64,000 bases of DNA from Adineta vaga (lineage: Eukaryota; Animalia; Rotifera), in assembly GCA_021613535.1 (NCBI GenBank), contig CP075492.1:15252001-15316000 (forward strand). The letters run 5' to 3'. Under the pieces are notes generated by a model. It worked only from the letters and a program-made list of their open reading frames with translations, did not search any database and was not told the origin of the DNA. Made by a program: the position numbers and the translations under genes. Below are positions 39,980 to 51,900 of the stretch, piece after piece (position 1 is the stretch's first letter; every line of letters begins with the position of its first letter).

Positions 39980-42900
39980 TTATATGTGTTCTTGTGTGGA
40001 AAAGGCGCAGTTGTCATCTGTTTTGGAGTTTAGACGTAACTTGGCTGGTGATCCAATCCAGTTGGTATGCATTGCCAAATAATCATTTGTCATTAAATAT
40101 GTTAAGGGAAATATTTGATTATTCCCTTCTAATTTGCAACCGCGATGAATTAAAACATATGGCATTATAATCGTTCCAGATCCAATTGATATAGGCGATA
40201 AATGAATTTTTCGTTTTTCATATGTATGTGCCTAAGTGATATAGAGGAGAAATGTTACAATATATACTTAAATATCTTGGTCGTTATCCAAAATGATTTA
40301 AACTATCGATGATAGATTTCTATTGTCTCATTGGACTTAATAATAATAACTTTTTTTAATAATCTTGTTAATAAGAGATCGTTAGAAAGTATTTTTAATT
40401 TTCAGATTTGATGAACAACTAAAACAAGCGTCTAAATTTAACAACGTTGAAATAATGTTCAGATTTAAGTATATTTTGCATTTGTCTCCAACAAATAACC
40501 AAAGCGCGCCGCCATGAACATCTCCAATAGTCACTGTGCTTTTTATACCATTCGATTCTAGATTTCGTGCTGAATTTTATTTGAACGAAATGCCGAGGCT
40601 TAGAATCTATTTTTATGTTTGTTATTCATAGTGAGAGAAAAAGCTTTCCTGCGGCAGTAATGTTAAATACGAAATTGAAATACTTGCAGTTTCAAATATT
40701 CAAATTTTCCACTCTCCGCACATCCACAATCAGCTGCTACAACCGTTGCACCCACACTCATGCCCGGACAAAGTCTTAAAACTAGTAACGGATCTCTGAA
40801 GAAACCGGACTTCCGTGCGCCGTCTGTAGTAGGTTGTTGGTGTCACCATGCGTTCCGAGGGAGTGCATATCGCTACCTACAACTTCCTCCATGACGCCTA
40901 CCAGAAGACGGGTACTTCGTATAATGAAAGTCTATCCGTAGAGGAAAGGGGTCGACCGAGAGCGATTCTAAAATTCTTTAGCTTCAAACTTACAATCATG
41001 TATTCTTGTTGGCAAAGTATATGTGAGTTCCACAAATTCTTTTAGCGCAATCCTTGTAGGATTAAAGATTTGATACTCGATAGAACTTGTTATATAAATA
41101 GCTAAGCTCACTAATACAGATATTAATGAATGCTAAACGATAAAATACCCATAACTACCCCACACCCATCTTCAATTTATATTTTTCAGGAACTTCTAAT
41201 TAAAAAATCAATCGGTTGTACATTGCGTCTGTGCTTTCGTACTCTTTCATTTAGGTAGTAACACTTTTATTGCTAATATTCAGAAAATATTGCTGATCTT
41301 GTCTTTGAGACTTGACTGTAATTTCTTCTCAACTATAAGAAGCATCAAATGAATATTTATGATTAAATCATTCTATTCATGGGACAAGATCATTTGGTTT
41401 TGTTATTACTGTATGTAGTCAAGAAAACCAAACAAATATAGAAATCTTTCTTCGATTCGATTCGATCTATTTCTAAAAAGTTATGAATATGTTCATTTTC
41501 GGTCTTTGATTCCACACTCACGTACAACCCTAGCTAGTTTCTGCTTCACTGACTCTCAAATCTGAAAATTTGAAACACGAACAAAAACACTACCTTTTGT
41601 TTCTGTGAAAAAATAATCTCTTAATGATTGGTAATTACACGCGTAGATAAGAAGAACTTACTTGAATACTAGCGGTACAATGAATTCGAACATTATTGTC
41701 GATTACAGTTAATTGTGGATCTGTTATTGTAAAAAAATCGTTAAGAATCACGTTATGACCAATTTTGGCGCCCATGATACGTAGAAGAATTATGAGCCAT
41801 TGCGTACCAGAGAAGAAATAATCAATTACATGTGTATGATATACGTTCATCGAAAATAGCTGGTTATAGCTATATGTATATTCACTATCGTTTTTACATA
41901 TATAACGACATTTTTCATCGTAAATACACACTAAAGCACAGTAGATGATGAAAGATAAGAATAAAAGCCAGTTCAATAATAGATAGTACATAGTATTGTA
42001 GTACGTCAATGATGAAAACCAGAGAAAGCTTACAGAACATAAGATTATGGGAACTATTACTGAAAGCAAATATCGTAATTGCACACGTGCCATAATCTTA
42101 CACACATTCCACCAGTATTTATAAGTTTTTGTTGTTAGCGATGATTGATACTGTGCTGGAGTATGCGTTAGAGATATCAATGGCACATTTGCTGCTGGTA
42201 TACCTAAGTAAAATTGATGGGGATTGTAGGCGTTGTTTACCGTATTTTCTAAAGATGTAATACGCGTTAAGCTACCGACAGTTGTTTGTGCTTTAATTGT
42301 TGCACCTTGATGTATTGTAACCATGTTACCAATGAAAACATTATCAGAAATTTGTATTTTATTGATCCGACACTCTTGCTCATGCGTTATTTCCATTGGT
42401 AATAGTAAATAGTCACAATTAACGGTAGCACCACTATCAATTTGTACAAGGTTACGTGAACCTGGTAAACCAAGGAAACCATCCGGGATAGTGATTCCAA
42501 TCTCTACATTTTCGCCGATCTTAGCACATAAATAATGATGATATTTCTTTGGTAAAATTGAAAAAGAATGAAATAATGAATTTGAAACCAAACTACGAAA
42601 CCATATGTTATGTAAGTATGCAAATGTATTCAATTTATACGTGGTGTCTGCTTTTAAGCTTCCAATTATAATAAAGAAGAGAAAAAGAGCAGCGCACATT
42701 GACACAAATAAGTAAACTATTAAACCAAATACGACGCCAATAGAAGTTTCAAATAAAGTTGATACTTGAGATCCAATATTAATTGACAATATATGTATTA
42801 AGAATATTATAATGATACACAAAAACTGATAAAGTTTGTGTTCAATTTTAAATTGTGTGAACTGGTCACTGCTCATTTTAGTGTTCACAGAGGATGATTC

Positions 42901-45900
42901 TCCATGTATTATATTTTGTCCATCGACAATACTATTTGGTGCAATTAATCCACTGACAGATGACATCGACTTAACTAGAACTTTTTCTTTGATGTCAACA
43001 CCACCGTAAAGTACAGATCTTGCCTCGATTGTACAATTATTATGTATTTTTATTTTATCCAATCGAAATGTTTGCTGTTGATAAAGTATATTGCATAGCA
43101 GCACTTCTTTTCCGATAAATACTGAATCACCCACGTCTATCAAGTCCGGAACAGTAATTGACGTTGTTAACAAATGAGTATTTTGTCCGATATGTGCACC
43201 ACACAGTCTTAAATAGGAATTATAAAATGATGTACCTGTTAATATACTTAAAATGTTCGTGTTTAAGGACCACAACCGTTGTAAAATCCACCAGCGATAA
43301 TACGCCCATGAAAATAATTGATATTCTCCTTGTTGCCTTTGGCTGTCAAAAGAAAATAGTAGCTTTTTGATAACGATATATTGTATCAAATGTACAGATG
43401 GTATTGATACAGACCAGAACGTAATATTTAGAATAAACACAGAGAAAGGATGTAACCGTATCAAACTTAAGATTGGTAATATATATACTGAAATTAGTAA
43501 AAGTACACTCAATGTTTCAATAACTAATGAAGGTTCCAATTTTTGAAACTGTTGTTCGTTCTTAAGAGAGAGAACACTTGCCTCTGTTACTGTTTTCGCT
43601 TTCTCAAACTTTGTATCGACTGCTACTAGCGTTTCCAAAACTCTAGCTAATTGTCGTACACTTGGGTTGGAGAACAACAGTTGAATATTCATGTCTGGAT
43701 AGAGACGTTTACGAATCAATGTTAGTGCTTTCATAGCATGTAATGATGATGCGCCCAGTGCAGAAAATGAGATGTCTACATTGATCTTATTTGCCATATC
43801 GGCAGAAATATCAAATGATTCGATGAATATTTTCAATAGCACTTGTTCGATAGCTGTATTTATCACAACATCACTATGTTTATCATCAAATCCAAGTGTT
43901 TCGTTGATAAGTAAAGATCTGGTAAGTGTTGGTAATTGTTTTCGATCTACTTTTCCATTTTGATTCAGTGGAAATTCCTTCATTAGAATAAAGAATGATG
44001 GTATCATGTAGACTGGTAAATGCTTTTGACAATGTGTTTTGATTTGTTTTTCGATTTCTTTTTTCCGTTTTTCCAAATCATCGTGGATAGTATGGATATA
44101 GGCCACAAGAAAATCTTGTTCCTTCGATTCGTGTGAAACTTTCATAACAAGACAATTGTGAATTGCTGCAATGCAAGGCGAATATGGTGAGCCGCTGGAC
44201 GATAGTTTCATAATGGTATTTTCTATTTCACCTAAATAAAAAGTAATTGGCGATTCATGTTTGGTAGGTGTTCATACGACACTTAGAACCAATTTTGGAA
44301 AAGATTCTAATAGTGTGAAGATGTAATTGAGTTTCAGAAATTGCCAACTACTGGGATTATTAAAGACAGTGGAGTTACTCAGTTGTGATAAGACTAGAGA
44401 ATCTTGAGAGTATGGTTCAAGATATATGTTCTTCATCCACACCCTTCAAAACTAAATCGAATTTTGAAGTACACCTCAGGTTTTCGTAGAAGTGAAAGAT
44501 TTTTGTATAAGAATATGCTTAGATTAAGCAGCTCTTGACAACAGATGGAACGTGAGTGCGAGTGTGACTAAGGGTGAGGATGAATAGGAGAGAGTATCAC
44601 CCACACTCGCAATGATCTTCTGACCTTTTCAAAAAAACCTCGCTAATAATGAATTCAATTATTGCCTTCTTACCTGTTTCTATTCGTTGTCCGCTTAATT
44701 TTACTTGGAAATCTTTTCTTCCTACAAACTCAATTGTACCCCATTTGTTAATTTTAACCAAATCACCACTTCTATAAAATTTCTGTTCATCAACGATACC
44801 AGGTAGTTCTTTCATAACTTCTTCAGTTAAATTTGGACGATTTAAATAACCTTGAAACATTCCTCCAAAACTTCCAATATAAAGTTCTCCAACTTGACCA
44901 ACACTTACAAACTGTAAATAATTGTCCAATATATAACACTGGTAGTTTTTTACAGGAGAACCAATAGGAATCGCTAGTTCATATTTGTTAATATCGTGTC
45001 TATAAATGGTAAGGTTTGTGGTAACAATTGAGCATTCAGCTGGACCATATTGATTAATTATTTTGGAATTTAAAGAGAGATTTTGTAATAAAGAGAAAAT
45101 CAATGATGGTTTTGAGACATCTCCTATCAAATGAAAAACACATACTTGTATTAAATTTCAACTAATCTATATTTTATAAAAAACCAAGATGTCTAAAAAG
45201 TATTCTTTGACAATCCTTTCTTTGAATCTAGCAATGCATCTAGAAGGTTTTGCGTACGTATCAAATCGTTGCAATGACCTCGGTCACATTATTTCGTTTG
45301 TTTAGAGTCGAGAGTTCATCACAATCTATAAAAATGTAGGATCTATCTATCTATCCACTGGGAAGACTAAAACCAACTAGTGCAGTACTGTTATTACATT
45401 TATTTCGCTTTTCCTTTCTACACTCTGTATTGACAGCTTCGAATATTTAGAGTTTAAGAATAAGTAAAAACACATACCACCGGTCAATATTACTCTAATG
45501 GTATCCATTTTGTGGAATAATTGATTCTCTTCTAAATACGAATAGATAAGCTGCATTAGCGATGGGAGCAAGATAACAAATGTAACATTATGTTTGGCAA
45601 TTATGTCAGTAAAATATCTCAGATCTTTATTTCCATTCGGCTTTATCGCCACGACTGTGCAGCCCAAAAGTAATGTACCCGCTATTTCAGACATATGATA
45701 ATCGAAACTACAAGCTGTTGATTGCATTACAAGATCATAGCTGCTATTAGTCTGATCAGCAAGAGTTGATTTGATGTAACAGAGAAAATTTTCATGCGAA
45801 AATGTCGCCTAAAACAACTTGTAAGCAATTACAACCTAAGTAGAATTCAAAACTAATTGGTACGTACGATTTTTGGTGTCCCTGTGGAGCCGGAAGTAAA

Positions 45901-48900
45901 TAAATAATAAGCTATGTTCGAAGTTGAAACTGAATCTTCATGAGTGTATCGAGTTGTTGGTTCGTTAAATCGTTGTCATGACCAAGATGAAAACTGTTTT
46001 CAATATTGATACTTACGAAGTCGTTTTTATGTTGAAATTTCAAACTTGTTAGTGAATGATATATTATCAACTTTGGCTGTACTTCATTAGTCAACAAACT
46101 AATTCGTTCCCAAGGATCATTTGGATTTAATGGACAATAGACAGCACCTGCAGCTAAGATCGATAAAATTCCTACAATCATTTCTATAGATCTGTCAACA
46201 AACAGACAAATTACATCTTTAGGTTTGATATAGCGCTCATGAATTAAATACGATGCTATGTGTTGTACATAATACATTAATTCAGAATATGTTAGCGATT
46301 GTTCATCTAATACAACAGCTAGCTTCTGTGAATATTGACTGGCACGATCAAAAAACTCTTCATGTATTGGTTTTAACGGATGATCTGCGCTGACATCTGC
46401 ATATGTGTCATTAAGTCTCTTTATCATTTGTACTTCTTTTGGTAGTAGAATTGACAGTTCATAAACTGGTTGTTTATCTCGTTGAAAATTTGAATAAGAA
46501 TAAAAAAGCTGTTCTAGAAGAATATGAAATCGATCTGCCATCGTATGAATAGTTTCTTGTTCAAATAAATCTGTGGCACATGTGAACGATACTGTCATTT
46601 GTTTTTGATCCGGAACGTAATCTATCCTTAACAGCAAGTCACACTTTGCCACTATGTTGGTTATATCGGAGGTTATGGGCGTGAACCAGTTCTGCGTTTA
46701 TGCAGGTGGGATACTTCAACTTGAATACAAGTTTGCAACAAGTTGCTTATCAAATCACTTGGCATGGCTTTTTGACTATTCAAATGAATAAGTTGTTGGT
46801 GAGGAAAATGTGTATGTGGTAGTATCTCAAAGCATAGTTGTTGAACATATTTTAACTGTTGCTCCAATGATAGCGAAGGATCCATCTCGAAGTAGTATGG
46901 TATTGTGTTTACGAACATTCCAATTAATGATTGCAACACAAGATTGTAACGATTTGCGCTAAGACTTGTAATACGTATTCTTCGATTATTACTTCCCGTT
47001 AGTTTAAACAGATAGATATAATAAATCGTTAGATACAAGTGAAATAGGGTCGCTTGCTTTTGAGTAGCATAATTTGTTATTTTATCAACAAGTGATGTAT
47101 CTAAACTAAACTGCACTGTAAAACCTTTACCGTTTCGAGATTGGTTTAACTGTTCTTTAAAATCATATGGCAAATCTATTCGATGAAGCATTTCGTCGTC
47201 AAGATACCATCGATCCAATGTTTTTTTCCAATATTCTTTTGCATTATACATATCAATACTACGTTCATACTCTGAATAGTCTATATATTGTAGAGGCAAT
47301 GGAGGTAGACATTGATCACTTTCGTAAGCCAGACACAGGTCATCCAGGAATATCTTTATTGAACTTCCATCAAATGCAATGTGATGAAAGAAAAATACAA
47401 TTTTATCATTAACATTTAGTAGAGTATCAACACATCCTGCCATTTGACTAATGTGACTATCCAAAGTATGACAACGAATAATATGACAATGAAGAAGAAT
47501 CCCTTCTTCCAAAGAAAGTAACGATGCATTGATTTGTTCATTCAGAACAATTTCTCGAAATTCTTCTTCATGTGAAACAAATGTAATGTTGAATGAATAA
47601 AGCAACTGCTTTTCGTTATCTGACGTTGATGTAATGTATTGTTTTAGACAGTCTTCATTACCATCATATTTAATTGATGTTCTCAAAATACTGTGTTTTC
47701 TTACAACCTTACTGACAGCTCGCTGAAGACGATTTAGTGAGATGCCGCTTTTTGAAACTTTTAATAAGAGTAATTCATTGTAAATTGCAGTTTGACCATT
47801 GAATCGAACTTTTGTATCGAACCATATTCTTTCTTGAGCATACGATGCTCTAGCTATAAATATAACGAATAAGAGATAATGATCAGAAATGTCCGAATAG
47901 ATTTATTTCACTGGCGAAGAAGACTAGGTCATATATTATTCAGATTGTGGAAACAGCAAATTCTGTAGGCTTAAATATTTGATATGCTGTAAGAAACGCG
48001 ACATATATATATATATATATATATACCACTTCTTTTTCTGAGGATCAGAATATGTTCCTGACACATATACCTAAGACGTCACCGATGCACTATTGGATTG
48101 CAGTCTCTTCAGCTTCCAGCGTTTCTATTCTTCGCATGTCAGACAATAAAGTTTAGACATAATCACTTAAGGTTACCAGTATCAATCTATAGACTCCTTT
48201 GTTTTTCTCATCGTCAACTTTATGTTACCCATCTAAGAGTCAAAAAATGAGAAAAGAAATTATAATGCAATGCTTAAAAAACTGAACAAGGTTCATAATT
48301 CGAGCCATTTTTTGACAGAAAACGTCTTTGATCAGAAAGAGAACGTATCGAGATAATTTCTTCCTACTTCTAATATGCACTATCAAATTGTCTGGACTTA
48401 TATCGGATACTTCCATTAGTGTCGTCATAAAGAGAATGTTATACGCACATTGACTACAGAAAACTTGTATGGTGACTGTTAATATTGATACAAAAGAACA
48501 ATCATATTAATGTCTTTAGGTAAGCAAGTTAATATACAATATTTTTAGTGTAAAAATGTGCTGAATAGCTTTTGTTTTACGTACTGAATAAGAAAATTAT
48601 TGAATGCTGTATAAACATGAAGTGTGCAATATTTGATTTGCATATATTATCTCATACATAGGCGTTAAACTGCGCGACAGCTATGCATGACGTTCCATAT
48701 TAATAACTATAGGATCCTGTATGGATACGAGGTGATAATTATACTATTTCAAAATAATCTTAATTTATGTTTGTAATAGTTCAAGAATAATTGGTAATAT
48801 TCTTTGTCTCTTTACTACTAGATTCTAATAGTTGTTTGCATAGTTCTTGTCAAATCTGTTTCAATTCTGTAACTCATACTATGTTTTATTGCTATGTCTA

Positions 48901-51900
48901 AAATGGACGAACTCGTATCATACTTCATTTACCTTCGATTAAGTTTAAAGGTTTCCATACTAATTGATAATTTTTAAATTCTGAAATATCGTTGAAGCCA
49001 TCATACTTGCTCGAATAATCGCTTGATGCTTTCGTAGTATTGCTCTCTTGTGATTCATTCGCATCTTCTAGTAGAATGTATGCTCGTAGTTATAGAATCA
49101 GTGTTTCTTGATTGATTTAGTAGATGAGAATAAATATGTTCAGCTACATTTTTGATTGATTTACCTTGCAAGAGTGTGGTTACTGGAATGCGAGTGGAGT
49201 ACTTAAGACACAATGACTGAGCAAGTGACATGGCTGTAAGTGAATCTAACCCTTGTGCCATCAGCGATCTGTCTGTATCAATTACTCCTAATATATTTGA
49301 TAAAGTGAATAATTTCTCTACCATGGAGTGAACATCCTTGGTAATTTTTTCAATATCAATACTTAACATAAGCTGATCATTCGATTTAATGTCATTTCGA
49401 AGCGATATAATAGTCGTAGTTCGGTAATCATACACTTTTCGATTATCAAATGCATAATAAGGCATCTGATTTAGTCGGCAAAGAATCGTTTGATCATTAG
49501 AACTCGCATTCCAAGAGCGAGTGCGCAAGAATTTTGACCAGTTGATGTTTGGTAGACGACATAATGATGAAAGAATTGTTTGTTGTTCATTTTCTTTTCG
49601 TTTAAGAGAGTGTATGATCAATGGCACTGAATCACATTTCAAATAGTCCATACATTCTTGAATAGAGCTAACTAACACGGGGTGTGGTGATATTTCTAAG
49701 AATACATGTGTAGTGTAAAGACGCTCGTGCAAAATAGTTTGTATAGTCTGGCTGAACATTGCGGTATTTCTTAAATTTTTCCACCAATAGCTACAATCGA
49801 AGCATAAATTTTTACATTCGCCAGTTACCGTCGAGTATAATGTAGCATTTGCGCAAACTTTATCGAACCTATCATCTTCATGAATTTTATAATAATCGCC
49901 ATTAATACTGCTTAGAGATGTTAATAAATCTTGATAAATATTAAAGTTATCCATTAAAGGACTATGTAATGCATTTTCGAGTCGTATCCACGTTTTAAAA
50001 ACGCTGGGCTTCGTTTTTGTTAGTAATTGGTGTAGTTGCTCGAGCTCTGTGCTAAAACCACTGTATGTCACTGAAGTAGGACTGTTGATAGCGGCAAATG
50101 AGACACGATGTTCAATTCCTTTGAGAAATGAACGTGCTTCTGTTTCGTTCAAACCCATAACTGCTAGCATGCGCCCGCCTTGACGTGTATTACGGTGCTG
50201 AAGACGTGAATAATGATATATTACTATGCATGCATCTTCCAGTGTTAATCGTCCACCAACGTAGGCTGCTGCTATCTCTCCAACTGAATGTCCGAGAATT
50301 ACTCGCGGATATATACCCCATGATAACCAAAGTGCAGTAAGTGCAACTTGCACAGCGAAGATTGCGGGTTGAGCAATGTTTGTTTCATTAATATGAGATG
50401 ATTTTTCGTTCTGCACATTAATAAGCTCCTCGATCAATGACCATTCAGTTGTTAATTTTTGAAGTTCTTTACTAATTTTATCAATCCATTTCCTAAATAC
50501 AGGTTCGGAATTGTATAGTTCTCGTCCCATTTTCCACCATTGCGGTCCTGTTCCACAATAAACAAAACATATATTTTGATGAACTTGGGATGCATGCGAT
50601 TGTTTGATTTGACAGAATACAGAACCAGGTGTACCATTAATATTGTTCGTATCAACGTGTGATAAGGAGACTGATATTTGGTTTTTGAATTCTTCATTAT
50701 TAGAAAAGATGAATGATGCTCGATGTGAAAAGTTTGTATTTCGTTTGAGTAATAATTTATAGCATAAGCCAGGGAGTATATGGTTTTGATTTTCTAAAAG
50801 CAACGATGAATACCATTTTGAAAAATTATTTAATTGACTAATTAACGATAGTTGACACTTAGCTAACAACAGACAAATTTATTAAAACAATAATAATATC
50901 ATTTAAAAAAAACAGATGGAAACTCACCGGAAATAACTGCAAGATAATATTGTTGCTGTTCCAATGTACTTGAATTATTTGCTTCTAAGCATTTAGATGA
51001 TATTTCCTTCTCTGAATGAGATTGAGAAAAACTGCCCCATTCCTCAATAATTGCATGAGAATTTTTGCCATTAATTCCAATTAGGGCCAACCGATTTTGT
51101 GGAAACATTGTTCGTTGATGTGCAATCTGTACGTTATATTTTTCAGATTTAGTTATCATATTATCATGTCCATAATTTCTTTGTGGTAGGATTATACGAT
51201 TTTTCATCGATAATGCAACATTAATTAAAGCTGCAGTACCCGCTGCACTACCAATATCGCCTATATTAGACTTGATTGTACCGAGCAAAAGAGGCACACT
51301 GGTTTCATTATGATGAAAAAATTCACCGATTGCATTGTTTTTGATAAGCTCATTATGTATTGTCCCACCATCAAGTTCTTCAATATAAAATATTTCAGAT
51401 AAGTCAATTTGATTTCTTGTAATATAAATTTCAGTCAATAGCTGCAGTTGAGCACTGTGGGATGCCATTGGAAAATCTTTCATAACTATGTCATTATCAC
51501 AGTGAAAAACTACATCACGAATAACACAATAAATTTGATCACAATCACGAATAGCATCCGATAATCGTTTTAACAGAATAAGTGCAACACCTTCACCTTT
51601 AATGAAAAGATAAGAATGGCAGAATACTTTCAATTTTCGTGGACTATAAGGATATAAACTATGCTTTATCTTACTTCACTTTGACAAAGTAGACTAAATT
51701 AGAAGTGTAAAGTCTTGTGCGGACTTTTTGTTTTGATTCGTACTTTAGAAATGCACCGCAAAATCTCAGGATTCTTTTATCGTCCACTAACAGAGTTCGA
51801 ATACTATATGTATGCATCTGTATGAAATAAGTAATTCAGAGCACTATAAAAAAAGACAAATCCAACATTGCATAAAGACGATGGAAAAAGCCATTTCTAT

